A DNA stretch of 64,000 bases, from NCBI GenBank assembly GCA_963768655.1, contig CAVYIM010000004.1:352001-416000 (forward strand). The letters are read 5' to 3'. This DNA comes from an uncultured Chloroflexia bacterium. GTDB lineage: Bacteria > Chloroflexota > Limnocylindria > Limnocylindrales > CSP1-4. Shown in pieces: positions 1 through 9,216 of the stretch; the first letter of the stretch is position 1, and every line of letters begins with the position of its first letter. A model generated the notes under the pieces. That model was not told where the DNA came from. It saw nothing but the letters and a program-made list of their open reading frames with translations, and searched no databases. Position numbers and translations under genes: made by a program.

Positions 1-421
1 CCGTTCCGTTCGGTGCGAGGTCGATCCCCCAGATCAACTTGTCGCCGGTCTGATAAGGCCACCCGGGTTTGACCTGCCCACTGGGGTCCAAGGCCACGAG
101 CACGGCGTTGTCCGTCGTGGCGCCCACCGACATATAGACAGTGCCGTCCGGCGCCACGGTAACCTGGCCAATCGGAGCCTTGGCCGTATAGGCCTGCCAG
201 GTGGGCCGCGGGGTCGGCGTCGGCATGGGGGTTGACGTAGCGGTTGCTGCGGCCACCGACGCTGCGGGCGTGCCCGAGGGCTGGCCACCGACCTGGGTGG
301 CGAAACTCGCCGACGGCGTGGCCGTGCTGCTGCAGGACGCCACGCTGACCCCCGCGATCAACACAAGTACAAATGGGCACCAATGGCTCAAGGCATGCAC
401 CGCGTACGACCGATCGGCCAT
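1..421 (-). CDS. Putative lipoprotein with beta-propeller (PQQ-like) repeats; runs off the window start
   Basis: Manually translated, absent from the ORF track: MADRSY...FVLVLIAGVSVASC (lipobox), a P/T-rich linker, then VTVAPDGTVYM...LVALDPSGQVKPGWP...IDLAPNGT propeller blades. Confidence 0.7.
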   Translation of the reverse strand, partial: MADRSYAVHALSHWCPFVLVLIAGVSVASCSSTATPSASFATQVGGQPSGTPAASVAAATATSTPMPTPTPRPTWQAYTAKAPIGQVTVAPDGTVYMSVGATTDNAVLVALDPSGQVKPGWPYQTGDKLIWGIDLAPNGT

Positions 422-647
422 GATTGAGTTCCTCCCCGCGATCTTCTAGTGTTGCGCAGCGCTGCTGTTCTTGGATCATCTTAGCGAGCACCGTGCTCCT
501 GATCTACCGAAAGCCGACCCTCCCGACCCAGCGTCAGCGGCATGTAATTGCGGCGCTCCGACACACTGCGGCCAGTGAGGAAGAAGCGAGAAATGAGCAG
601 GGCGGTTCAGGTATCGCCAGACGCGCGAGATCAGGCGCGATCGGTTC

Positions 648-1160
648 ATGCAATTCGAGGCCCGTCCCTTCATGAGCGCCTCTGGAGGCCAGCCCGGAAT
701 GGCCACTGACATGGGGCAATACTGCGGCACGGTCCACATCCTCCGCCAAGGCGGATGGTCTGAGTTTCGATCCGTGGACATTGAGGCGGATCGCCGCGCG
801 CTGATCCAGAATGGCATCGAGGTTTGGCCCGAGCTGGAGGCTTTCCTGCGTGAGTTCTCCGGGCTGACTCTGCGTTACGAACGCAACGGGCGCCCAGACT
901 CGACGTGGTTCGGCAGCGCGCGTGCACTGCGCGAAGCGGCCCATCCTGCGTGGGCGCTGAGGTACGGCGAAGGACTTGGCGTGAGATTCGCGCCGATCGG
1001 CTGCTCGAACCTGGAGTACCTGACCCTCCATCTCGCCGACGACGGGAGGTTCTTCGGCGGACTTGATCCGTCGCTTAGCTACCTAGGGTCATCTCCACTC
1101 GAGATGCTGAATGGCCTGATCCACGGAATCAACACTCCTGTCGATTGGCGCCCTGCCTAG
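648..1160 (+). CDS. SUKH-3 family immunity protein
   Basis: LRQGGWSEFRSVDI...LEAFLREFSGL and PIG...LHLADDGRFFG match the SUKH-3 pattern. The true start may be a downstream Met. Confidence 0.75.
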   Translation: MQFEARPFMSASGGQPGMATDMGQYCGTVHILRQGGWSEFRSVDIEADRRALIQNGIEVWPELEAFLREFSGLTLRYERNGRPDSTWFGSARALREAAHPAWALRYGEGLGVRFAPIGCSNLEYLTLHLADDGRFFGGLDPSLSYLGSSPLEMLNGLIHGINTPVDWRPA

Positions 1161-1591
1161 CTGTCGACCACGAAGGTTGGTGACACACGAGGAGTGCCTC
1201 CCGCCCCGCGTTTGCGTTGTCACCGCCGGATGCCCGCCTCGTGACTTGGGATTGGAGTACGGGAAATGTGGGATGTCATCGACTGGATCGGCGTGCTTGG
1301 CACCCTTGGCGCATTGGCATGATCTTGGTGGATGGCGGGACGGACTGTCCTTGAGTCAGCGGCAGGCTCGACAAACAGGAGAGAATGCGAGCTTGGCTAG
1401 TGCTCGCCCGAGGATCCGGTCTCGCCTTGGCCGCCATTCTGCTGGTGTTGCTCGTCCCGCACCTCGCCACCGGGACACCGTGAGCCGCGGGCCAACGTGA
1501 TGAGGAAGCCTCAAGGTATCCCGCAAGGCATCCAGCGAGGCGCGCAAGAGTTCTGCCAGGTGACTGGTCTCTGCTAGAAAGGAGGACTGGA

Positions 1592-2320
1592 GTGTCACGC
1601 CTGAATACACGCCTGGATTGCCTTCGCTATTGGTGCGGGCTTCCCTTCAACTTGCCCAAGCTCTCGCGTGAAACCCAGACTACCCGCCGCATCATCAGGT
1701 ACACATTCCTAGTCGCCTTCGTAGTGGCGTTCGTCGCCGAGGGAATCGTGGCCGCGATCGTGATGGCGGTTGCCGGGTCGGCCATCCTGGGGCTGGTCTC
1801 GTACTGGAGGTCATGGGCGATCTGGGACCTGCTCGTTTGGGACCGCGACCGATGGTCAGATGGCTCCGGTCCGCATCCGGCTGAGGGCCCAAACCGCGAG
1901 GCAGCGATGGAGACGAGGGCGGCGATTCTGGCGCGAAGTCCGGATCAGATCAGAACCGCCGTAGCCAGAGTGGTCGACCCGACTCCGTGGAGAACCGTGT
2001 TCGATCAGTATGCCCTGGCTCTGGCTGAGGTCATGGAGAACAGACCGGCGAACCTTAAGGGGCTGGAAGTCGCGGCTGCACGGCTGCAGACCGATGTCGA
2101 ACGCGAGAAAGCTGCCGTCATGGGCGCATTGGTCCGAGCCAGCGAGGCCGATATTGCGAGCGGTGATTGGCGGGCTCCGCTGTTGCAGTGCCGCCGAGAG
2201 TTGCGTCCGCCACTCTCGCCGTTCCGGTGGCTATGGCCCTGCCGGCTCAATCTATATGTCGACGCCTTCTTGCTTGGCCTTGGGCTGGTGCTGATGGTCA
2301 TCTACTCGACAGTCCGGTGA
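1592..2320 (+). CDS. Hypothetical membrane protein
   Basis: Two N-terminal hydrophobic helices and one C-terminal helix; GGAGGA/GGAG upstream of the GTG start. Confidence 0.6.
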   Translation: MSRLNTRLDCLRYWCGLPFNLPKLSRETQTTRRIIRYTFLVAFVVAFVAEGIVAAIVMAVAGSAILGLVSYWRSWAIWDLLVWDRDRWSDGSGPHPAEGPNREAAMETRAAILARSPDQIRTAVARVVDPTPWRTVFDQYALALAEVMENRPANLKGLEVAAARLQTDVEREKAAVMGALVRASEADIASGDWRAPLLQCRRELRPPLSPFRWLWPCRLNLYVDAFLLGLGLVLMVIYSTVR

Positions 2321-2368
2321 GCCCGAGTTAGGAACGGTGGACGGCTTCGGCGGCGTGAACGCCGCGGC

Positions 2369-3415
2369 TTGAGTCGTATGATCGTCGCGATGACCCGTCC
2401 CCTGTTCGGCCGCCTGACGCGCGACGCGGAGGCGGCCTTGCTGTTCGAGAGCTTCTTCGTCGCGGCCGTCGCCTCGTTCCTCGGGATCCGCTGGTTCCTG
2501 GCCTCCACCGGCTACCCGCGGGTCGGGTCCAACGGGATCCACATCGCCCACATGCTGTGGGGCGGCCTTCTCATGCTCCTGGCGCTCATGCTCCTGTTCG
2601 CTTTCCTCGACCGTTCCGTCCAGCATCTGGCGGCGGTGATCGCCGGACTGGGGTTCGGCACGTTCATCGACGAGATCGGGAAGTTCGTGACCTCGGACAA
2701 CGACTACTTCTACCGACCCGCGATCGCCCTGATCTACTGCCTGTTCGTGATCGCGTTTCTCGTGGCCCGGACCCTCGTCGGCCGGCGTCGGCTCAGCGAG
2801 ACCGAGGCGCTTGCGAACGCCCTCGACCTCCTGGAGGGGACGCCGGACGGGCCGATCGAACCGGACGATCGAACGCGGATCGAGCGACTCCTCGAGCTTG
2901 CCAATCCAAAGGCACCGCTGGCCGTCTTCGCGAAGCGCTACGTCGCCGATCTCCCTCCTGCGGCGGAGCGTACGAGCTTCCTCGGGACCGTCGGCCGGCG
3001 ACTCGCCGCCGGCTATGAGGCGCTGATGGCGAGTCCGTGGGCGGAGCGTGTCCTCAGCGTCGGGGTGGTCGCCTATGCAGTGGTGGCGGTCGTGGCCGTC
3101 GCTCTCGTCGCCATCGAGACTCCCGCCGGTGGCGCGGCCGAGACCTCGACCGTCGCGACGATCGCGCAGGTCGCCTCGACGGTCACGGGTGCGGCGCTCG
3201 TCGGCCGGGGCGTCCTGAGCCTCCGCACCTCCAGGACTGCCGCGTATCGCTGGTTCATGCGCGGCCTCCTGGTGTGGATCCTCGTCACGCAGGTGTTCGT
3301 CTTCTACAGCTCCCAGCTTGCCGGCCTCGGCGGGCTTCTCGTCGATCTCGTCGCCTACGGCAGCCTGAGGTTCGCCGTCACGCGCGAGGATCTTCGCCGC
3401 ACGACGCCCATCTGA
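2369..3415 (+). CDS. Conserved multi-pass membrane protein
   Basis: About 8 TM segments; HIAHMLWGG and GLGFGTFIDEIGKF motifs; coding-like GC3. Confidence 0.75.
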   Translation: MSRMIVAMTRPLFGRLTRDAEAALLFESFFVAAVASFLGIRWFLASTGYPRVGSNGIHIAHMLWGGLLMLLALMLLFAFLDRSVQHLAAVIAGLGFGTFIDEIGKFVTSDNDYFYRPAIALIYCLFVIAFLVARTLVGRRRLSETEALANALDLLEGTPDGPIEPDDRTRIERLLELANPKAPLAVFAKRYVADLPPAAERTSFLGTVGRRLAAGYEALMASPWAERVLSVGVVAYAVVAVVAVALVAIETPAGGAAETSTVATIAQVASTVTGAALVGRGVLSLRTSRTAAYRWFMRGLLVWILVTQVFVFYSSQLAGLGGLLVDLVAYGSLRFAVTREDLRRTTPI

Positions 3416-3791
3416 GGCGGCCTCCGGCGAGGCGTGACGCGGGTGGCTGACGGCCTCGGTGACGGCCCGGCGGCCGCCTTCGGAGGGCAGCGCCACGCGG
3501 CCGGCCGACCGCCTCGATGCAGCTTCCTCGATTCTCGAGCCGATCTCTCGCGTCGCGACTCGGAGCGTGCTAGATGCTCGACTGACCCGGACGCCGCTCC
3601 GGCACAGAAGCGGTACGAGGCGGAGCCGACGATTGGCCATGGCTTCGTTGCGCGCAGCGATAAACGGTGTTGCCCGGGGGTGGGCCACGGTCTAGCATGG
3701 GCCGGTCCGGGCGCGTCTGGATCCGCCGACATCGCGGTTGCGCCCGAACGAGTTGAGCAGCAGCAACCCGGGTCCACATTGGGGGAAGCTG

Positions 3792-6700
3792 ATGGCCCTT
3801 GTGGTCGCGCCGCCCGGCTCCCCGACTCAAGCCATCGAATCGGGCGGAACCGATCTCGCGCGAGTCAGGCCCCGAAAGCCGCCGGCGGGCGCCCAATTCG
3901 TGCGCTCCAAGGTGCGTGTGCCGCGCGGCGCTTCGATGTCGCGCGAGCGGCTCGAGCGTCTGGTGGAGGAAACAAGGCGGCACCGTCTGACCATCGTCGT
4001 GGCCCCGGCAGGCTCAGGCAAGACGACGCTGATGTCCCGCTGGGCCGGCGCGGCCGAGGCGGCCGGCACTCCGGTCGGTTGGTATCGGGCCGAAAGCACC
4101 GACTCCACGGCGCCGGCTTTCCTGGGCTACATCCAGCTGGCCGTCGGCGAGGCGCTCAGGCGGACCGCCGAACGGGAAGCTCGGCCTCAGGTCGAGGCCA
4201 GGCCGTGGCGTTCCGTCGAGGAGGCGACCGAGTGGCTGGACGCCGACTGCCGCGAGGGGCTGCTGATCGTGATCGACGACCTGCACGCGCTCGCCGGCAC
4301 GGAAGCCGAGGCCACTCTGGCCCAATTCGTCGAGCTGGCCGGCCCCGGCGTCTGCATCGTGGTCGGCACGAGGAGCCTGCCTTCGTTCGACCTCTCCCGC
4401 GCGCGACTTTCCGGCGACCTTCTGGAGGTCACCGGAGACGATCTGCGGTTCAGATCGTGGGAAGTGGAACGGCTCTTTCGCGAGTATTACGGCGAGGTGC
4501 TTCGGGGCGACGAGCTCGGGCGACTGGCGAGGCGCACGGAGGGATGGGCGGCCGGGCTGCAGTTCTTCCATCTGGCCACGCGCGGCAAGTCGCCGGCGGA
4601 GAGGACGCGGCTGCTGCAGGCACTCGGCGGGAGCACCAGGCTGATTCGCGAGTACCTGGCGCGGAACGTTCTCGACGAGCTGCCCGAGGAGCTGCGGGCG
4701 TTCCTGGTCGACACGAGCCCGCTGCGGCGCCTGTCCGGACCGCTGTGCGACCTGTTTCTGGACCGGACGGGCAGCGCCGCGCTGCTCGAGGACCTGGAGC
4801 GGCGGCAGGTGTTCACCGTTTCCCTGGACGACGGCACCTATCGCTACCACGAGGTGTTGCAGGCCCACCTCGATCAGATTCTGACGGAAACGCGGGGTGA
4901 GACGGCTGCACGAGCCGGAGCCGCGCGCGCCGGGGAGTTGCTCGAAGAGCGCGGATTCGCGGCTGAGGCGCTCGCGGCCTACTGCCGGGCCGATCGCTGG
5001 GAGGCCGCGGCCCGACTGCTCGGGACGGGCGGCGAGTGGCTCAACAGCGACAGCTCGGCGGACTGGCTGGCCGAAGTCGCGCCGGCCGTGATCCGCAACG
5101 ATCCCTGGGTCCGCCTGGGCAGCGCCCGGCGCCTGCGAGCCGAAGGTCATTGGGCCAAGGCGCTGGGCGCCTTCGCCGAGTCGGAGGCGGCGTTCGGGGC
5201 CTCGGAGATGGCCGCCTCCTGCCGGGCCGAGCGCCAGACCCTGGCATCCTTCTTCGACCCGACGGCACGGCCGCCCCTGGACTGGGCGGGCACGCTGCGG
5301 TCGGCCCTCCGCCGCGACCCTCTGGGGAAACGGACGGCCGGCGCCGAGCATCCGGGTCGACCTGCACCCGAAACCGCGCCGGATCGGCTGGCGCGAGGAC
5401 TTGCCGCGCTGGCCGCGGGCTATGTCGTCGACGCCAGGGCCAAGCTGCTGGACGTGGCCCTGGATCCGGACGCCGATCCGGCGATCGCCGCCGCGGCCAC
5501 GATCGGCGCCGGCACGGCGGGCGCCCTGGCCGGCGACGCGGCGGCGCGGGCCGACATCGACAGGGGGGCGGCGATGGCCGAGCGAGCGGGGCAGGCATGG
5601 CTGGCCCGCCTGGGACGGGCGGCCGTGTCGCTGGCCGAACCGTCGAACGAGCGGCAGCTGGCGGAGATGCGAGCCCTTCGCGAAAAGGCGGCTCGAGAGG
5701 GTGATCGCTGGGGCGAGGTCCTCGAAGCCCTGGCGGAAGGATGGGTCCTCATTCGCCGCCGAGAATCGGCCATCGGCCCGCTCGAGACTGCCGCGGCCGG
5801 CGCGCGGCTCCTGAGCTCGGGGACGCTGGAGGCCTGGGCCAGGGGGCTCGGGGCTGCGGCGGCGGCGAGGGAAGGCTTGCCCGGGGCGCGCCAGTTGGCC
5901 CTCCAGGCCGAGAGCCAGGCCCGTGTGGCGGGCGTCGACGGCGCGAGGTATCCGATCTATGTGGCGCTGGCGACGTGCGACCCGGATCGATCCGCCGAGC
6001 ACCGCGCTCTGGCCGAATCCGTCGCCCGGGAGACCGGCCTCGCGGCCGCGTGGGACCAGCCGGTCGACCCGGCCGTCGCCGCCGATTCCGCTCACGGCCA
6101 CGAGGAGGGCCGGCCGGCGACGATGGTTGCGCCGGCCGACGAGATCGCGCCGGACTGCGATGAGCGGCATTCATCCGCGGCGGTTCCGATGCGGGTAAGG
6201 CTCCTGGGCGGATTCGAGATGCAGATCGCCGGTCGCCCGGTAGACATGGCCGCCATCAAGCCGAGACCGCGTGCGGTCCTGCGCCTCCTGGCCCTGAACG
6301 CCGGACGGCCCGTCCACCGCGAGGTCCTGGCCACCACCTTCTGGCCCGACGCGGATCCGGTGACCTCCGCCCGCAACGTCCACGTCGCTCTGTCCGGCCT
6401 GCGCAAACAGATCTGTCCCGTCGACGGGTCGGGCTGCGATGCGCTCGTCCGGGAAGGTGACGCGTATCGGCTCGTCGTGCCGCCGGGCGGCCACGTGGAT
6501 CTGCTGGATGCGGAGAAGGCGCTCAGCGATGCTCGGGCGGCCCACGGGCGAAAGGACCCTGCCGCCGAGGCGGCGGCGTATCGGTGCGCGATCGAGCTGG
6601 CCGGCGGCGAGCTACTCCCGGAGGACGGCCCCGCGGATTGGGTCGTCTACCGCCGAGAGGAGACCAGAACCGAGCTCTCCGGGGCGGCGTATGCGCTGGC

Positions 6701-6932
6701 GGGCATGACGCTGGCCGAGGATCCACATGGGGCCGCCGAAACGTGCGTAGCCGGTCTGCGCCTGGACCCGCACCACGACGGCCTGTGGCGGCTCCTCATC
6801 GCCGCTCGTGAGAGGGCAGGGGACCACGCTGCCGCGGCGTCGGCCCGCCAGGGATACGACCGAATGCTGGCCCAGCTGGGCCTCACGAAGGCCGGCGACG
6901 ACGGAGAGGGTTCGCGTACGGCGCCGGACTAG
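3792..6932 (+). CDS. MalT-like ATP-dependent (STAND) transcriptional regulator with C-terminal winged HTH and BTAD domain
   Basis: Walker A APAGSGKTT, Walker B LLIVIDDLH, DLRF..EV, TEGWAAGL, YRYH, a TPR-like middle, VRLLGGFEM wHTH and BTAD (GELLPEDG..DW). ATG 3792 follows GGGGAAG. Confidence 0.85.
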   Translation: MALVVAPPGSPTQAIESGGTDLARVRPRKPPAGAQFVRSKVRVPRGASMSRERLERLVEETRRHRLTIVVAPAGSGKTTLMSRWAGAAEAAGTPVGWYRAESTDSTAPAFLGYIQLAVGEALRRTAEREARPQVEARPWRSVEEATEWLDADCREGLLIVIDDLHALAGTEAEATLAQFVELAGPGVCIVVGTRSLPSFDLSRARLSGDLLEVTGDDLRFRSWEVERLFREYYGEVLRGDELGRLARRTEGWAAGLQFFHLATRGKSPAERTRLLQALGGSTRLIREYLARNVLDELPEELRAFLVDTSPLRRLSGPLCDLFLDRTGSAALLEDLERRQVFTVSLDDGTYRYHEVLQAHLDQILTETRGETAARAGAARAGELLEERGFAAEALAAYCRADRWEAAARLLGTGGEWLNSDSSADWLAEVAPAVIRNDPWVRLGSARRLRAEGHWAKALGAFAESEAAFGASEMAASCRAERQTLASFFDPTARPPLDWAGTLRSALRRDPLGKRTAGAEHPGRPAPETAPDRLARGLAALAAGYVVDARAKLLDVALDPDADPAIAAAATIGAGTAGALAGDAAARADIDRGAAMAERAGQAWLARLGRAAVSLAEPSNERQLAEMRALREKAAREGDRWGEVLEALAEGWVLIRRRESAIGPLETAAAGARLLSSGTLEAWARGLGAAAAAREGLPGARQLALQAESQARVAGVDGARYPIYVALATCDPDRSAEHRALAESVARETGLAAAWDQPVDPAVAADSAHGHEEGRPATMVAPADEIAPDCDERHSSAAVPMRVRLLGGFEMQIAGRPVDMAAIKPRPRAVLRLLALNAGRPVHREVLATTFWPDADPVTSARNVHVALSGLRKQICPVDGSGCDALVREGDAYRLVVPPGGHVDLLDAEKALSDARAAHGRKDPAAEAAAYRCAIELAGGELLPEDGPADWVVYRREETRTELSGAAYALAGMTLAEDPHGAAETCVAGLRLDPHHDGLWRLLIAARERAGDHAAAASARQGYDRMLAQLGLTKAGDDGEGSRTAPD

Positions 6933-6985
6933 CCGGATGCCCGGCGCGGGACGGCAGCGCGCAAGCGCGGGCGGAACGACCTCGG

Positions 6986-7086
6986 GCGCCGGAGACCCGC
7001 GCCGCGAGACCCGCGCCCCGCCGCGCCGGAGACCCGCGCCGCGCAGCGCCGGAGACCGGCGCCGCGCCGGACACCCGCGCGCGCCG
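6986..7086. repeat. Short degenerate tandem repeat (about 5 copies of AGACCCGCGC) between convergent genes
   Basis: Copies at about 6993, 7007, 7030, 7053 and 7071. Confidence 0.6.
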
Positions 7087-7099
7087 TCGTCACGGGCGC

Positions 7100-8662
7100 C
7101 TACTGGCGGGACCGGAACTGGACCTCCGTGATCGAGACGTTGTTGCCCCCGGTCGACTGATAGACGCTCAGAACCGTGATCGCCATCGAGGCCGCGCCTT
7201 TCGCAGCCACATCCAGCGTCTGGAAGTCCTTGCTGTCCTGCAGGTTGAACTGCCCGGTGAAGACGATGTTGCCGTTGGCGTCCTTGAAGTCCAGTCGGAT
7301 CGCGTGCGGTCGAGGCTGTGACTCGAAGTCCGACGGATCGCCCGACGTGATCAACACCTTGGCTATGTCGGCCGGCGGCGAGAAGCTCGCATGAATCGAG
7401 GGTTGGGTCGCATTCGCCGGCGCTGCCCAGTAGGTGTTGCTGAAGCCGTCGAAGGCCTTCGCAGCCCCATGTCCGGGGATGGATGGCCCGGTTGCCTGGC
7501 CGGCGATGTTGACAGGTACGTAGTTGGGAGCAACGTCCATCCGGATCTGGTTCGCGGCCCCCGTGACGGCGTTGTGGAACGATGGGACCAGCACGAACCC
7601 GGCGGCGCCCACGACCACCACGCCCACCAGGACCGCGGCCAGGATCTTCGCGAGCGAGCCGCCGCCCCCACCCGCGGCCTGGGCCGCTTGCCGCTGGACA
7701 CTGATGGGTCGCGCGCCGGCAGGCGTGGCCCCGGCCCGACGGGTGAAGAGCCTCCGCCACCACGGCACCGGGCGAGGGACGGGCGGCGCGGCCAGAGGGA
7801 TGCCGCAGCGGCGGCAGAAGCGGCGCGTGGCCTCGTTGGCGGTTCCGCAGCTGGCGCAGACGAGCTCGCCCGGCCGCGGCGCTTCCTCGACCGCGGCGAC
7901 CGGCGGCGGAGCCGCGCGGAGCTTGGTCATTCCGGGTTTGACGGCCTCCGGCTGGGAGATCGAGGCCGCATCGGGCTTCTGGGCGGGCGGCTGCGGGAGG
8001 CCGGGCCGGACGGCCGGCGGCTCGGACACGGGTGCTCGCGCCGCGGGCGATGGCACAGGCGGGGCGGACTTCGGCTGTGGCGCGGGCACGATCGGCGGCA
8101 GGACTGCCGGGGGCGAGACTGCTGCGGCGCCGACGGCAGGTGGGAGCTCGACCTTCGTGGCCGCGCTTGGGGGCACCGCGGCCGCCCGCGCGGGTGCGGG
8201 AGCCGGCGCGGGGGCGGGAGCCGGCGCGGGGGCGGGAGCCGGCGCCACGTCGCTCGCCGGGACAACCTCGTCGGTTGCGGGGACGGTCGCCCCTTCCGCC
8301 GGCTCCGTGGCCACGAAGTCGACCGCCGGAGCGACGCGCCTCGACGTGACGACGACCGGCGCGGGAGCAGCCGGCGCAGGCGCCCCCGAGGCCGCGGCGG
8401 CCGCAGCTCCGGCCCCGGTCGAGGTCGTGTCCGCTCCCGCGTCGGCGGCCTCGCCCTCGGGCCGGCCGTCGAGGCCGAGCATCCGGCGCGCGTGCACGAT
8501 GAGCCCGGCGCGCTCCGGTCCCGGCTCCGTCGCTTCGGGTTCGGGGGGTGGCGCGGCCGGCGGCTGGACCTTCTGCCCGGTCCATTCCAGGAAGCTGCCG
8601 CACGAGCCGCAGAAGCTGGCGTCGTCGGGGTTCTGCAAGCCACACTTGGTGCAGATGACCAC
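7100..8662 (-). CDS. CisA-like bitopic membrane protein: two zinc ribbons, Pro/Ala linker, TM helix, external galactose-binding-like (NADase-type glycan-binding) domain
   Basis: CTKC/CGSC and CASC/CRRC ribbons; TM ILAAVLVGVVVVGAAGFVLV; AFDGFSNTYW...VSITEVQF. Last gene of the baseplate operon. Confidence 0.7.
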   Translation of the reverse strand: MVICTKCGLQNPDDASFCGSCGSFLEWTGQKVQPPAAPPPEPEATEPGPERAGLIVHARRMLGLDGRPEGEAADAGADTTSTGAGAAAAAASGAPAPAAPAPVVVTSRRVAPAVDFVATEPAEGATVPATDEVVPASDVAPAPAPAPAPAPAPAPAPARAAAVPPSAATKVELPPAVGAAAVSPPAVLPPIVPAPQPKSAPPVPSPAARAPVSEPPAVRPGLPQPPAQKPDAASISQPEAVKPGMTKLRAAPPPVAAVEEAPRPGELVCASCGTANEATRRFCRRCGIPLAAPPVPRPVPWWRRLFTRRAGATPAGARPISVQRQAAQAAGGGGGSLAKILAAVLVGVVVVGAAGFVLVPSFHNAVTGAANQIRMDVAPNYVPVNIAGQATGPSIPGHGAAKAFDGFSNTYWAAPANATQPSIHASFSPPADIAKVLITSGDPSDFESQPRPHAIRLDFKDANGNIVFTGQFNLQDSKDFQTLDVAAKGAASMAITVLSVYQSTGGNNVSITEVQFRSRQ

Positions 8663-8673
8663 GCTATTCCCCC

Positions 8674-9216
8674 TTATGCTTCGACGATCTCCACGGCGTG
8701 TGGAATATGTGCAGGTTTAGCCGCCGCGACCAGCGCGTCAAGTCGAGCCGCCGAAACCTTCTTCGAGTCGTGCACCGTGACCCGCACCAACAGTGAGGGC
8801 GTGGCATCGCCCGGGATCGCCGCGCTCGGGGCTTTCGACCAGCCGGCCGCGCCGGACTCGATTATCTCCACCTGCCCGCCGGTGTAGATGGCGATCTGCG
8901 ACGCCAGGCCGCCGGCCGTCCCGCGAAGCCTGAAGAGGTCGACGGCCGACGCGACCATCATCCGGCGGCGTTCGAGAGGCCAGGTCTGGTCCAGCGTGAC
9001 CCCCACCCAGCCGCCCAGCCAGTCCAGGAAGTCCTCGGGCGCGTAGGCCGGATCCAGGTAGGCTTCGAAGCCGTCGAGAGAGGCGAAGATCGGGGCCAGC
9101 TCCGAGTCCATCGCCGACACCAGCCGCTGGGCCAGGTCATCGTCCTGGTACAGGGCGGGCAGCGTCTGGCCGATCGGGTGAGGGGTAACGAGACCGGGGA
9201 CCAGGCCGCGCATCAC
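8674..9216 (-). CDS. CIS baseplate protein (phage tail protein I-like, Cis12-like)
   Basis: LPALYQDD, YLDP..AP.DFLDWL..W, LFRLRGT, KPAH motifs; overlaps the upstream baseplate gene. Confidence 0.9.
   Translation of the reverse strand: MMRGLVPGLVTPHPIGQTLPALYQDDDLAQRLVSAMDSELAPIFASLDGFEAYLDPAYAPEDFLDWLGGWVGVTLDQTWPLERRRMMVASAVDLFRLRGTAGGLASQIAIYTGGQVEIIESGAAGWSKAPSAAIPGDATPSLLVRVTVHDSKKVSAARLDALVAAAKPAHIPHAVEIVEA

Noticed and set aside
1177-1590. Short ORFs in the gap after the SUKH gene
   Set aside because: No coding bias, RBS or motif support.
4014-6170. 718-aa antisense ORF (likewise 2252-3688, 17439-19157, 43802-46846, 49315-50997 and many Arg/Pro-rich ORFs)
   Set aside because: Shadow ORFs expected in high-GC DNA; they overlap motif-supported genes and contain no recognisable domains.
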